Positions 43,267-56,201 of a DNA stretch of 64,000 nucleotides are shown in pieces. Each line of letters starts with the position of its first letter. Positions within the stretch are counted from its first letter, which is position 1. Location: assembly GCA_964427845.1 (NCBI GenBank), contig CAYRVP010000003.1:195-64194 (forward strand), written 5' to 3'. The stretch comes from an uncultured Caldilineaceae bacterium. Lineage in GTDB: Bacteria > Chloroflexota > Anaerolineae > Caldilineales > Caldilineaceae. The notes beneath the pieces are model-generated. The model searched no databases and had not been told where the DNA came from. It was given only the letters and a program-made list of their open reading frames with translations. Position numbers and translations under genes: made by a program.

Positions 43267-45276
43267 CTAGCGGGCAATCCGAGGCAGGTAGGTGATGCTC
43301 GCCGGGCAGACGCTGATGGGCACCTGGCGCACGTTGCCGGGGGCGGGGACCGCAGACGGGTCGGCCACCAGCAGCAGGGTCATGTCCACTGTCTCTGTCA
43401 GTGCGGCCGTGCGGCTCACTGTGAGCGTAATCGTGTCCGCAACGATGCCGGTGCCGGTCGAGGCCGTCAGCCAATCAACCGGCGAAGGCACGATGGCGGC
43501 CGGGCTGAACTGCGCCGCCGCAACCGCAGCCGCCGTGGGCGAGGCCGCAATCGCCGCAGAGTAGCGTGTACCCGGAGAGCCTATCACGTTGACGGTCACC
43601 GTTTCACTTACACCCGCTGTGCCTGTGCAGACCCCGGTGAAGAAGACAATGCCAGGCGATGTGTACACCTGCGGCGGGGTCACAACAAAGGTCACGTTCA
43701 CCGGGTAGGGTTGGTTCTCAACCTGCGCCGTACTCGTGATCAGCAGACGCGTGGTATAGCTGCCCTGTGCTAAGCCGGCGGCGCTGAAGTTGAGTATGAT
43801 GTCGGCAAAGGCGTTGCCCGCGGGCACACTGCCGGTGGCAGGATCGATGGTCAGCCAGCCTGGGTTGCCGTCCGCCGCGATAGCAAAGGGAATCGAAGCA
43901 TCCGTTGTACTGTTGCGCAGGCGCAGAATCACTTGCGCCGTCAGCGCTACAGGGGCGCTGGCCTGTACGTTCTGTGTATCCGCCTCAAAGACCGGCCCGG
44001 CCGTAAAGCCCTTGGCATCCAGGTTGCCCGTTGCCAGGCTGCGCCGGTTGAAGTTTACATTGTAGTCAACGCGCGCGTCGGGGCCTCGTTCGGGCTCAGT
44101 GTAGATGCGGATCTTGTCAGCGCGCCCGATCGCGAACTCGTCGCGCGAGTCGTTATCCAGGTTGCCGCCCACAATCGCGCGCCAGTCATTGTCTTCCAGC
44201 CGCTCCGCCCACTCATGGGAGCCGTCGCCACCCTCATTCAGACTCAGGAGGCGCGGCCTGTTATCGGGCGTGCTTCGCAGCATGTAGAGTTCGTCATCCC
44301 CGCTGCCGTTTGTGTCGGCAAAAGCCAGCCTGCGAAACCCGGGATCATAGGCCTCGGCCAAATCATCCTCGAACGCGCCGCTCGACCAGTCCATGATGAA
44401 GATGGTTGTCGCCTGGCCCGGGTCGTCGGAGACACTGCGCGACCATGCCACCTCGTCGGCGTCTTTGTCATCCCAGTCGCCCATGGCGGCATCCTGGGCG
44501 CGTTTCTTGGAGTCGCCCGCGCTGAAGAGGCGCCGCCAGCCGTCGTCGGTGCGGTAGATTTCGATCTTGCCGCCTTCCTCGTCTACAAGAGCCAGTTCGT
44601 CGCCACCGCCCTCAATGACGTCGCCCACGGTCACTCGCGTCCAGCGCTCCTCGGAGTAGCGGCCGGCAATGTGCGGCGTCCACTGTGTGCCGTCGGGCGT
44701 AGCTGTGGCGCTCTTGTATATGTCAATCTGGAACTTCTTCCTGGCGTCACCACTCGGGTCGGCATTGATTTCCTGGCCAACCAGGATTTCGTCACCCGGA
44801 ACGCCTGGGTCAAAGTTGCCCGCCGCCACAAGCGTGGGCCTGGAGTTTACATCAAGGGTGAAGAGGGTGACCCACGGAATGCCGTTGATTTCCTGACCTG
44901 GCACCGTTTTGCCCGATGCAACGGGGTCGTAGATGATTACCTTGCCGCTGCCGGCATCGCCCTTGACGCCGATGATTTCCATGTCGCCGTCGTTATTGAC
45001 GTCTCCCAGGGCGAAATCCCTGAAGTTGCTCTCGGGGCTAATCCAGCGCACCTCGGGCGATGCGCCTCCAAACAAGGGGTCAATCACGCGGATGAAGCCG
45101 TCGGCGCCGTCAATGTAGACAATTTCATCGCTGCCTTCAGGTTCGCCTGCGACTGCAGGCGCCACACCCTGCTGCGCAAGGGCGGGCTGCGCCGCCTGGG
45201 GAATAACCATCGCGGCGATAACCGCGAGTGCCGCCCACAGGGCAATTGCCCTGTAGCTGCGTCTTGTGCTTTGCAT
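43267..45276 (-). CDS. Secreted FG-GAP/VCBS-repeat (integrin-alpha-like beta-propeller) protein with C-terminal Ig-like region
   Basis: Signal peptide MQSTRRSYRAIALWAALAVIAAMVIPQAAQPALA. Ca-binding-like repeats DVNNDGDMEIIG, DTNGSGDDELY, GNLDNDSRDEFAIG. Start set at ATG 45276. Confidence 0.75.
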   Translation of the reverse strand: MQSTRRSYRAIALWAALAVIAAMVIPQAAQPALAQQGVAPAVAGEPEGSDEIVYIDGADGFIRVIDPLFGGASPEVRWISPESNFRDFALGDVNNDGDMEIIGVKGDAGSGKVIIYDPVASGKTVPGQEINGIPWVTLFTLDVNSRPTLVAAGNFDPGVPGDEILVGQEINADPSGDARKKFQIDIYKSATATPDGTQWTPHIAGRYSEERWTRVTVGDVIEGGGDELALVDEEGGKIEIYRTDDGWRRLFSAGDSKKRAQDAAMGDWDDKDADEVAWSRSVSDDPGQATTIFIMDWSSGAFEDDLAEAYDPGFRRLAFADTNGSGDDELYMLRSTPDNRPRLLSLNEGGDGSHEWAERLEDNDWRAIVGGNLDNDSRDEFAIGRADKIRIYTEPERGPDARVDYNVNFNRRSLATGNLDAKGFTAGPVFEADTQNVQASAPVALTAQVILRLRNSTTDASIPFAIAADGNPGWLTIDPATGSVPAGNAFADIILNFSAAGLAQGSYTTRLLITSTAQVENQPYPVNVTFVVTPPQVYTSPGIVFFTGVCTGTAGVSETVTVNVIGSPGTRYSAAIAASPTAAAVAAAQFSPAAIVPSPVDWLTASTGTGIVADTITLTVSRTAALTETVDMTLLLVADPSAVPAPGNVRQVPISVCPASITYLPRIAR

Positions 45277-45631
45277 GTTCCAATACCTTTCACATTGTGC
45301 GCATGACCGCCGGCGGTGGCGGTCAGCATGAATCGACTCGAAATACGGAAATGAACAGGGCGTCACGTCCGGGCGGCAGCAGAATCCCCGGCTAACCGCG
45401 CACCATGAGGCCGACGGGCGTTGCCGAATCACGCAGATGGCGCTACACTGCGGAACGTAGTTCAGGAGCCACGCGCGCTTCGCCGCGAACAGTAGCCGCC
45501 TGGCGGCACTTGCTCGTCCGAGTATACACCATGCGCCGCGGCCCGGGAACACCGTCCGCCTACGATTACAGTGCGCTATGCACTGCACACAATTGCCGTA
45601 CACACCCATTCCACCCAGGGAGGTTTCTTCT

Positions 45632-46615
45632 ATGACACAACCCATTCGTGTTGCCGTCACCGGCGCCGCAGGCAATATTGGTTACGCGCTGCTCTTCCGC
45701 ATTGCCAATGGCGACCTCTTTGGCCCCGATCAGCCCGTCATTCTGCAAATGCTTGAAATCACGCCCGCCATGCAGGCGTTCAATGGTGTGGCCATGGAAC
45801 TCGATGACTGCGCCTTCCCGCTGCTCAAGGGTATGGTCCTGAGTGATGTCCCTGAGGTGGCCTTCAGCGGCGTCAACTGGGCGCTGCTCGTGGGCGCACG
45901 ACCCCGCTCGAAGGGGATGGAGCGCAAGGATCTGCTGGGCGCAAACGCAGCCATCTTCAGCGTTCAGGGCAAGGCGCTCAACACCAGCGCCGCCGCTGAC
46001 CTGCGCGTGCTCGTTGTCGGAAACCCTGCCAACACCAACGCGCTGATTGCCATGAAGAATGCGCCTGACGTTCCCGCGGAGCGCTTTACGGCGATGACTC
46101 GCCTCGACCATAACCGCGCCAAGGCGCAATTGGCCAGCAAGGCCGGTGTGCCGCTGACCGACGTCGCCAAGGTGACGATTTGGGGCAACCATAGCGCGAC
46201 GCAATACCCCGACGCCTACCATGCCGAGATTGGCGGCAAACCCGCCGCCGCGGTCATCAATGACGACGCCTGGATTCGCAGCAGCTTCATCCCCACCGTG
46301 CAGAAGCGCGGTGCGGCGATCATTGAGGCGCGCGGTCAGAGCAGCGCAGCCAGCGCGGCCAATGCCGCCATCAACCACGTGCAGACCTGGCACAAAGGCA
46401 CACCAGCCGGCGACTGGGTGAGCATGGGTATCCCCAGCACAGGCCAGTACGGCTCGCCCGAAGGCGTCATCTTCTCCTACCCAGTCACCGTCAGGAACGG
46501 CGTCATCTCGGTGGTTGATGGCCTGGCACTGAGCGGCTTCGACAAGGAAATGATCGCCGCCACCGGCGCTGAACTGCTCGAGGAGCGCGACGGCGTGGCC
46601 GAGATGCTGGGGTGA
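45632..46615 (+). CDS. mdh: Malate dehydrogenase (NAD-dependent)
   Basis: [49 protein letters not shown] lies before the ATG. Confidence 0.9.
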   Translation: MTQPIRVAVTGAAGNIGYALLFRIANGDLFGPDQPVILQMLEITPAMQAFNGVAMELDDCAFPLLKGMVLSDVPEVAFSGVNWALLVGARPRSKGMERKDLLGANAAIFSVQGKALNTSAAADLRVLVVGNPANTNALIAMKNAPDVPAERFTAMTRLDHNRAKAQLASKAGVPLTDVAKVTIWGNHSATQYPDAYHAEIGGKPAAAVINDDAWIRSSFIPTVQKRGAAIIEARGQSSAASAANAAINHVQTWHKGTPAGDWVSMGIPSTGQYGSPEGVIFSYPVTVRNGVISVVDGLALSGFDKEMIAATGAELLEERDGVAEMLG

Positions 46616-46890
46616 CGGCGGGATGACCGGTTGACTGGTAGACTGGGTGACTGGTTGACTTGTGGACTAGTTGACTGGTTGACTGGTGGACTGAGAAGAC
46701 TACGCGATAGCGGCGCCCAGTGCTCAGTGCATGGCGCCGCTATCGCGTAGTCTATTCAGTCCACCAGTCCACCAGTCCACCAGTCAACCAGTCAACCAGT
46801 CAACCAGTCCACCAGTCAACCAGTCCACCAGTCAACCAGTCCACCAGTCAACCAGTCAACTAGTCCACCAGCCCCCCAGTCATCCCGCCG
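46616..46890. repeat. 275-bp palindromic element with 8-nt microsatellite arms (GTTGACTG/GTGGACTG and CAGTCAAC/CAGTCCAC) around a 21-bp perfect stem
   Basis: Central stem 46697..46717 / 46733..46753 with a 15-nt loop. The right arm has about 14 octamer units and the left about 9. Termini CGGCGGGATGAC(C/T)GG abut the mdh TGA and the ppk TAA directly. Confidence 0.9.
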
Positions 46891-49170
<2,280 letters not shown>

Positions 49171-49410
49171 ATGTTGGTTTCCCATGTATCCAGGTCCCGG
49201 CAATGCGAGTAGCGCACGGCCCGCGCCAACACCAGCGCGTGCTGCCATTCTACCCGACCCCGAGTGTGTTGTCGAGCAGTTCGCCTAAATCGGGCTCGTA
49301 TTGGCCAGGGCGCATGCCTTCAGTTTGGCGGCGTGCGTTGCGGGGCTTACACTGCTTGCAAGGCGCAGCGCACGCCTGCATCGTCCATCCTAAGCAAGCA
49401 CAAGGTCCCC

Positions 49411-50550
49411 ATGAGCGAACTTGCCGGTCTCGCCTTTACCTTTCTTCCGCTCTTCGTCATTCTGCTGCTTGCCAACGCAGCGGAACGCGCGCGCCGTCGC
49501 GACATGCAGACAGCCGCTCTGGCTTCTGAAGCGTACGCGGCCGACCCGCTCCGGGCTGCTCCAGCCACCCAACCGCAGGACGACACCGCCACCATCTTCA
49601 GGGTGATGGCCTATGTGGCCCTGGTTGCGCTCTACGTGGCGGTGATTTTCGGCGCGTTGGGGCTTCTGGCCTACACCACCCTCAGCCGCACGCAGCCACA
49701 TCTCTTTGCCGACAACCCACTGGGCACAATGGTCGACAATCCCTTGCTTGCGGCGTGGGGACTGCTGCTGCCCGGCATCATGGGCATCTTCCTGCTGCTG
49801 CCCGCCGTGCGCCGCCTCTGCGCCCGCTACATCCCCATTGACCCCAAGAGCCCCGTACACGCAGTTGCGCTCAGCATGACGATGCTCGTCATTATCAACA
49901 TACTGATCACGATTGGCGTAGGGCTCTCCAACTTGTCCACAATGATCGCGCAGGCGGAGGAGGCGGGCGCGCCTGTGACCAGTTTCGTTTCGATATGGGG
50001 ACAGCAGATTCTCATGGCGCTGTTGGCATTTGTGGGTGTGGGCTGGCCGCTGCGGCGTGGCTGGCGCGAAACGCTCAGCCGTCTGGGCCTGGTTTGGCCC
50101 ACCGTGCGACAGCTGTTGCTGGGGATTGGGCTGGCCTTCGTCATGGTCGGTGTCGTTTTCACCATTCAGGCTGTTGCCATGGCGCTGGGATTTGCCGCCG
50201 ATGCCGACGTGGAGGAACTGACCGAGCAACTATTGGGGCCGCTCTTCTCGTCTTGGTGGGGCATCCTCACCCTGGGGTTGGCCGCCGCGCTGGGAGAGGA
50301 GACGCTTATGCGTGGGGCCGCACAGCCCCGCCTGGGGCTCCTGTTGACGGCGGCACTCTTCGCACTCCTGCACAGCAACTATGGCATCACCCTCTCCACG
50401 GCGATTGTCTTCGTGCTGGGACTGGTGCTGGGGCTGGTGCGCATGCGCCAGAACACCTCCACGGCAATGGTGCTCCACGCCACCTACAACATCATCCTGG
50501 GCCTCATGGCCTACCTGAGCATCGATCTCTTGCAGCAGTTGAACAAGTAG
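49411..50550 (+). CDS. CPBP-family intramembrane glutamic endopeptidase (CAAX protease/Abi)
   Basis: EETLMRG, LFALLHS and HATYN motifs in a polytopic protein. Start set at ATG 49411. Confidence 0.8.
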   Translation: MSELAGLAFTFLPLFVILLLANAAERARRRDMQTAALASEAYAADPLRAAPATQPQDDTATIFRVMAYVALVALYVAVIFGALGLLAYTTLSRTQPHLFADNPLGTMVDNPLLAAWGLLLPGIMGIFLLLPAVRRLCARYIPIDPKSPVHAVALSMTMLVIINILITIGVGLSNLSTMIAQAEEAGAPVTSFVSIWGQQILMALLAFVGVGWPLRRGWRETLSRLGLVWPTVRQLLLGIGLAFVMVGVVFTIQAVAMALGFAADADVEELTEQLLGPLFSSWWGILTLGLAAALGEETLMRGAAQPRLGLLLTAALFALLHSNYGITLSTAIVFVLGLVLGLVRMRQNTSTAMVLHATYNIILGLMAYLSIDLLQQLNK

Positions 50551-50613
50551 CGCACCCGCCACGCGCTGTGCGCAGGTGACCGGCCCGATGGCCGGCTGGC
50601 AGCGAGTTACCTC

Positions 50614-51861
50614 ATGCACGCGCAGCACCCTACGCAGGTCAATTGGAAACGCAACCTCGTTGTGCTGACCGTTGTGCAGTTCCTCTCCACAGCCGGATTC
50701 AGCCTCGTATACCCCTTTCTGCCTCTCTATGTACGCGAGCTTGGCATTGCCACACGCGGTTCGCTCGAATTCTGGGCGGGAATGGTCTTCTCCGCGCAGG
50801 CAGTGACGATGATGGTCGCCGCCCCTATTTGGGGAACAGTGGCCGACCGGCGCGGCCGCAAGCTGATGCTGGCGCGCGCCACGATTGGCGGCGCGCTGAT
50901 TATGGCCGCGATGGGCATGGTGCAAAGCGCCGAGCAGCTGGTCATCCTGCGCGCGCTGCAAGGGGCCGTCACAGGGGTGATTGCCGCCACGAATGCACTG
51001 GTGGCGGCATCGACGCCGCGGGAGTATATCGGCACGGCGCTAGGCACATCCAACATGGCGCGCTGGGTGGGTGTGGCCGGCGGCCCCATCATCGGCGGGC
51101 TGCTGGGCGAAGCCTTTGGATTTCGCGAGAGCTTCTGGATTACGGGCGTACTGCTGGGGTTGGCGGGGCTGGCTGTTGTCTTTCTGGTGCAGGAGGAATT
51201 TGTGCCCGTTACGCGTGCGCAGCGCGAGGGCTTTTGGGAGGGTTATCGCCACATCATCGGAACGCCGGGGATGTTCGGCCTCTACGGCCTCACCTTCCTG
51301 CGCAGCCTGGGCGCCACGCTGATAACGCCAATTCTGGCCCTCTTTGTGCTTGGGCTGAACAACAGCGTAGAGGCCGGCGCCGCGGCGCTCACCGGCGTTG
51401 CGATCGGCGCCGCAGCTTTCACCAGCGCACTCAGCGCCGTGTTTCTTGGGCGCGTGGGCGACCGCTACGGCCACAATCGCGTGCTGATCGGCGCAGCTAT
51501 CGCCGCCGCCGTCCTCCAAATTCCGCAGATCTTCGTCACCTCACCGCAGCAGCTCATCTTCTTCCAGGCGCTGGCAGGCGTCGCCATGGGCGGGCTGATC
51601 CCCGCCACAGCTGCGCTCATGAGCCTTTGGTCGCCCCAGGGCAGTCAGGGCGCGACCTACGGGCTGGAGAACAGCGTGCAGGCATCGGCGCGCACGGTGG
51701 CCCCCATGATCGCCGCTGCGATTGCCGCCGGTGCGGGTTATCGCGGCGTCTTCGCCGGGACGGCTGTCATTTACGCGCTGGTGGCCGTCGTGGCAATTGT
51801 CGTAGTGCGGGCGCAGCGCACACGCGACGCCCTGGTCCTCGGCAGCGCCCCTGCCGACTAA
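50614..51861 (+). CDS. MFS transporter
   Basis: 12 predicted TM segments; loop 2-3 motif [13 protein letters not shown]. Confidence 0.85.
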   Translation: MHAQHPTQVNWKRNLVVLTVVQFLSTAGFSLVYPFLPLYVRELGIATRGSLEFWAGMVFSAQAVTMMVAAPIWGTVADRRGRKLMLARATIGGALIMAAMGMVQSAEQLVILRALQGAVTGVIAATNALVAASTPREYIGTALGTSNMARWVGVAGGPIIGGLLGEAFGFRESFWITGVLLGLAGLAVVFLVQEEFVPVTRAQREGFWEGYRHIIGTPGMFGLYGLTFLRSLGATLITPILALFVLGLNNSVEAGAAALTGVAIGAAAFTSALSAVFLGRVGDRYGHNRVLIGAAIAAAVLQIPQIFVTSPQQLIFFQALAGVAMGGLIPATAALMSLWSPQGSQGATYGLENSVQASARTVAPMIAAAIAAGAGYRGVFAGTAVIYALVAVVAIVVVRAQRTRDALVLGSAPAD

Positions 51862-51926
51862 GAGCAGCCCGTGCATACAGATTCATGCCTTATCTGCACA
51901 GCGCAGGATGAAAACGAAGCGACAGC

Positions 51927-52008
51927 GTAGCGGAAGGCCTCCCGGCCTTTACTTTGGTGGCCGCGCATTCCGACGCCGCAAAGTAAAGGCCGGGAGGCCT
52001 TCCGCTAC
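51927..52008. repeat. REPIN-like perfect inverted repeat GTAGCGGAAGGCCTCCCGGCCTTTACTTTG (30-nt arms, 22-nt loop)
   Basis: Arms 51927..51956 and 51979..52008 are perfectly complementary. GTAG/CTAC sit at the outer ends. Lies between convergent genes. Confidence 0.9.
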
Positions 52009-52040
52009 AAAGAGCGCTGTAATTCTGTGGACGGTTTTGT

Positions 52041-54806
52041 TTACTCGCCGCGCACTGTCGTCTGCTGCGGCTCACGCACTTCCTGTTCCAGGTGCGTGCG
52101 CACCGGCGGGCTGGACTCGGATCCGCCAGTGTGCGCCACGCGCCGCAGAAGTCCCTCGGCGCGCCGCACAAACTCGGGGTCGGCGAGCACCGCCTCCACA
52201 TCGTCCAGGCAAATCAGCGAATCCCCCTGCCGCTGCGCCGCGTGGTGATTGAAGCGCTCCACCACCGCATTGCCCAGCAGTTGCACAAGATAGGGATGGC
52301 CACCGGTCGCATCGACCACAGTGGCGGTCGCGCCATCATCAAAGTAGAGTGCAAAGCCGGGCGGACGCAGCAGGCGCGCGACCTCGGCAGCACCCATTGG
52401 CCCGAGCGAAATAGTGCGCAGCGACTCGGCGAAAGCCCCTGTCATCTGCTGCGCCGAAGCCTCGGGAGGTCGTGCGTAGACGAAGACAATGGAGAAGTTG
52501 GTAATCGTTTGGAAGAGGTGGGCGAGAAAATCAAGGAAGGCGGGCAGCGCGACTTCACTGCGCAGCGACGTGGCAGCGGCGTCGAAATCATCGAATACGA
52601 GCACCATGTTGCGCGGCTGTAGCAGCGCGCAGCCACGCCGCACGATGCGCTCGGCGTCGGCATAGACATCAACACCGGCGGTGGCCAATGAGGCTGCGGG
52701 CGCAGCGCGGCCGGGCGCTAAACTCGCCAGTTCAAGGACGGAGGTGTGGCGCACCGCCTCTTCGACAGCGGCCAGCACCTGGGGTAACGCCATGCGCTTG
52801 CGGTCGGTGTGGCCCAGATGGAACCAGGCCAATTCAACAGAGGGCATGGCGCGCTCGGCGGCGAATAAAAGTGACGTCTTGCCGATGAGAGGGCCGCCGT
52901 GCAGCAGCACGGGCTGCAGGTTGCCGCTCTGCCACGCCTGCCCTAGCGCCGCCAGTTCGCGCGCCCGGTTGACAAACATCCGTCCCGAGCGCAGCGGCTC
53001 GGCGTAAAGGAAGGGGTTTTCCACGGGGCCTTGCGGTTCGGGCGGGGTCGCGCTCTCCATCCAATCCTCAAGGTCCGCTGCCCACAGATCTGCCAGTTGC
53101 TGCACATAGCGCACCTCAGCCGTTACGGGCGGCTTGGGTTCGCGCAGCGCCTCAAGTTCGCGCATGGCCCGCTGCGCCGCCACCGTGCGCCGCGCAGGCG
53201 TAACCGCCTGGCGGGCCAGCGTGGCAAAGCGCACCACTTCGCTTACGCCGTCAAGCGCCTGCCACGCGGCCGGCCGGAATGGCTTGAACGGTCGCTGCGG
53301 CAGCGGTCGCGGTGCATTGGACAGCAGATTCTCCTGGCTACCCAGTTCGTGCAGTGTCTGCACAATCGTGACCATCTCGTTGCTCTGTGGCCCCGGCGGC
53401 ACCTTGCGGAACGCGGCGAGCGCATCGGGCAGGGCACCGCGCCCCAGGTACCAGAAGCCGGCCACCAGCGCCTGTTCGGGCGTCTCCACCGGCTGTGGAC
53501 GCACAAGCCCGCGCTGCGCAGCGCCCTGGCGCAGTCTCTGACGCTTTAGCCGACGCTGCACGGAGGGCGACGCGGCGACGGCTGCGCCCATTTCACGCAG
53601 GCCCCTGCCCGCCAAGACACCATGCATCAGGTCGGGGAGATTGGTCGGCGCGTAGGAGAACATGGCGAAAGGATAGCGCGCCGGCTCGTCGGCGGCGCGG
53701 GCTACCATGGCCAGGGAACGCGCTGCCTGTTTGTCTGCCGCGACTTCAAGCTTGATGGCTGGGTCAGGCGGCGCAGCCACAGGATGGTCGCCACGCAGCA
53801 ATTCGTGCATGGCTCCGCGCACACTCCCCTGCTGACCCGTGAACCACCACAACGAGACGCAGTTGTCAATGCCCTGCTGCCACTCAAAATCGAGCCAGGC
53901 GGTCATGTGGCCGTGCAGATGGGGCAGCGGCAGCGGCGTCACACGCGCGATTGCCAGCCAATCTTCGGGCGCAGGGTTGGCGCCGGGGTAGCGCACGTGC
54001 AGCAGGTAGTCGTCTACACGAAGAGCACCGGCGACGTAGCCAAGCGCGGCCAGCAGCACGAGGCCCAGCAAATCGCCCAGCAGCGGACCGGCACGGCGCG
54101 TTTCCACCGCGGCGGGCCACACTGTGACGCCCACAGCCACGGCCAGCAGCAGCGCAACGATGGTTGCCACGGCAGCATGTGTCCAAATGCCATTGACGCC
54201 CACAGACGCTGTTGCGCAGAGCGCGGCCGCCGCAACGCCAAAGGCAAGCGCCGCCACAATCACAAGTAGCGCCACACCAGCGAAGCCCGCACCAATGTCG
54301 AGGGTTGGGGCGGCGGCGGCGGCGAGCCATGCCAGCCCCAGCGCCAACGCCGCAGGCAGTGCAAATGGGGCCAGCGCGCCCGCCTCATCGCCCACAACGC
54401 CAATCGCCAGCATGATGAAGAGGGAGACGATCGCGAGCAGCATGGCCCATGCCATCGCACCCAGAGGCACAGCCGACGACGCCAGCGCCGCTGCCACCAA
54501 ACCAGCAGCGTTGATAGCCACGAGGATCAGCAGCACGCCAAGCAGCGCCACCATCCACAGGAAATCAGTCTGGACGGGGTTGTCGCGCAGCCATGCACCC
54601 CATGCGCCGGGCGCACGCGTACGGGGTGGGCTGCACTCGCTGCGCAGTGCGCGCGCATAGCCGCGCACGTAATCGCGCACGGCCTGGGGAAAATAGAAGA
54701 GGTCGCCGAGCAGGCGCAGATAGTCCCTCACAGCGAAGGGGCTGTAGGGTGGGTCGCTGAATTCGGGCGAGAGGTCAATCTGTGGGACGCGTTCGTAGAG
54801 GCTCAT
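52041..54806 (-). CDS. Large membrane protein with multi-pass N-terminal region and C-terminal P-loop NTPase (STAND/ORC-like AAA_16-type) domain
   Basis: About 6 hydrophobic helices in residues 100-290. ENPFLYAEPLRSGRMFVNRARELAAL, Walker A LHGGPLIGKTSL, Walker B MVLVFDDFD. The first codon of the ORF (54866) is GTG; ATG 54806 is used here. Confidence 0.6.
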   Translation of the reverse strand: MSLYERVPQIDLSPEFSDPPYSPFAVRDYLRLLGDLFYFPQAVRDYVRGYARALRSECSPPRTRAPGAWGAWLRDNPVQTDFLWMVALLGVLLILVAINAAGLVAAALASSAVPLGAMAWAMLLAIVSLFIMLAIGVVGDEAGALAPFALPAALALGLAWLAAAAAPTLDIGAGFAGVALLVIVAALAFGVAAAALCATASVGVNGIWTHAAVATIVALLLAVAVGVTVWPAAVETRRAGPLLGDLLGLVLLAALGYVAGALRVDDYLLHVRYPGANPAPEDWLAIARVTPLPLPHLHGHMTAWLDFEWQQGIDNCVSLWWFTGQQGSVRGAMHELLRGDHPVAAPPDPAIKLEVAADKQAARSLAMVARAADEPARYPFAMFSYAPTNLPDLMHGVLAGRGLREMGAAVAASPSVQRRLKRQRLRQGAAQRGLVRPQPVETPEQALVAGFWYLGRGALPDALAAFRKVPPGPQSNEMVTIVQTLHELGSQENLLSNAPRPLPQRPFKPFRPAAWQALDGVSEVVRFATLARQAVTPARRTVAAQRAMRELEALREPKPPVTAEVRYVQQLADLWAADLEDWMESATPPEPQGPVENPFLYAEPLRSGRMFVNRARELAALGQAWQSGNLQPVLLHGGPLIGKTSLLFAAERAMPSVELAWFHLGHTDRKRMALPQVLAAVEEAVRHTSVLELASLAPGRAAPAASLATAGVDVYADAERIVRRGCALLQPRNMVLVFDDFDAAATSLRSEVALPAFLDFLAHLFQTITNFSIVFVYARPPEASAQQMTGAFAESLRTISLGPMGAAEVARLLRPPGFALYFDDGATATVVDATGGHPYLVQLLGNAVVERFNHHAAQRQGDSLICLDDVEAVLADPEFVRRAEGLLRRVAHTGGSESSPPVRTHLEQEVREPQQTTVRGE

Positions 54807-55023
54807 GGCGGCGGCGTTCTGCGCAAGCGCAGCAGGAACGATGATGGGCGACGAACGGCAGGTCACTCACCGCGCGTGCGCGCGGCGTGGCTACAGTATA
54901 GCAGGGTTGGGGGCGCGGGGGAAGGGGGGATCGTGCGGTGCGCCGGCCACGGGCCGGCGCACTACACATGCACGCATCGTTTCGCTGTGGGAGAGCGCCG
55001 GCTCGTGGCCGGCGGCTACGGAC

Positions 55024-56190
55024 CTATACCTTTGCCAGCGCATCCCTCATGCGCGTCAGCCCCTCAACCAGCGTGGCGCGTGGGCAGCCGAAGTTGAGGC
55101 GCACAAAACCTTCACCGCCTGCGCCGAACCACGCGCCGTCATTCAGGGCCACTTTCGCCTGCTCGCGGAAGAACTTTTCGGCCGAGATTGGCAGCCTGGC
55201 GGCGCGGCAATCAATCCACAGCAGGTAGGTTGCCTCGGGGCGCGTGCAGCGCAATTGCGGCATCTGCGTCTGGATGAACTCCACGGCAAAGTCGCGGTTG
55301 GCGCGCAGATAGACCAGCAACTCGGCCAGCCAGTCGTCACATGCGCCATACGCCGCCTCCATGGCGTGCGCGCCCATGAGGTTGAGGTGAGGCACAATCC
55401 CGCCGCCGGCGCGCTCCATCTGCTTGCGCAGCGCCGCGTTTTGCACAATCGCCAGGCTTGCGCCCAGCCCCGGCATATTGAAGCTCTTGCTGGGGGCCAG
55501 CAACGTGATTGTGCGTTGCGCAACCTCGGGCGAGAGCGTGGCCACGGGAATGTGCGGGCCGTCGTCAAGCAGCAGGTCACAATGAATCTCATCGGAGCAG
55601 AGCACGAGATCGTGGCGCTCGGCGAGGCCGGCAAAGCACTCGAGTTCGGCGCGCGTCCACATGCGCCCGGTGGGATTGTGCGGGCTGCACAGGTAGGCCA
55701 GACGCGTGGCCGGCTCTATCGCCGCCTCGAGAGCGTCAAAGTCCACCTCGTAATGCAGCGTGCCGTCTTTGCGTTGAACGAACGTCTGCTGCGCGGTTTG
55801 CAGCGTGCGCTTCTGGTTGGCAGGTGCGCTGAGGAAGGGGCCATAGACAGGCGTGTTCGCCAGCACGCCGTCGCCGGGCGCACCGACGGCGGACGCGATC
55901 ACATTCAGCCCCGAGACGAGGCCGGGCAGCAGCACAATCTCCTCCTGCGTCACGGACCAGCCGTAGAGGCGCTGCAGGCGCGCACGAATCGTCTCGTAAA
56001 GGGCGGGGAAGTGCGAAGCATAGCCAAAGACGCCCGCGGCGGCGCGCCGCTGCAGCGCCTCGACAATGGGGGGCGGCGAGTAGAAATCCATGTCAGCCAC
56101 CCACATGGGCAGCACATCCTCGGCCACGTAGTTCCACTTGGCGCTGTCCGAGTTGCGCCTGTCAATGATCACATCAAAGTCGAAAGCCAT
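55024..56190 (-). CDS. PLP-dependent aminotransferase class I/II, MalY/PatB-type C-S lyase
   Basis: MAFDFDVIIDRRNSDSAKW, LAPSKSFNMPGL (PLP lysine). GAGGA lies before the ATG. Confidence 0.8.
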   Translation of the reverse strand: MAFDFDVIIDRRNSDSAKWNYVAEDVLPMWVADMDFYSPPPIVEALQRRAAAGVFGYASHFPALYETIRARLQRLYGWSVTQEEIVLLPGLVSGLNVIASAVGAPGDGVLANTPVYGPFLSAPANQKRTLQTAQQTFVQRKDGTLHYEVDFDALEAAIEPATRLAYLCSPHNPTGRMWTRAELECFAGLAERHDLVLCSDEIHCDLLLDDGPHIPVATLSPEVAQRTITLLAPSKSFNMPGLGASLAIVQNAALRKQMERAGGGIVPHLNLMGAHAMEAAYGACDDWLAELLVYLRANRDFAVEFIQTQMPQLRCTRPEATYLLWIDCRAARLPISAEKFFREQAKVALNDGAWFGAGGEGFVRLNFGCPRATLVEGLTRMRDALAKV

Positions 56191-56201
56191 GAACGGGGTC
56201 C

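Noticed and set aside
46616-46890. Possibility that the short tandem repeats (also at 2215, 36640 and 38128) are a CRISPR array.
   Set aside because: The units are 7-8 nt and contiguous, with no spacers. The arrays are arranged as inverted arms of a hairpin, and no cas genes are present.
50643-51911. A 422-aa ORF in an alternative frame of the MFS transporter gene.
   Set aside because: Its translation is Arg/Gly/Ala-rich with no hydrophobic segments. The 50614..51861 frame gives a canonical 12-TM MFS protein.
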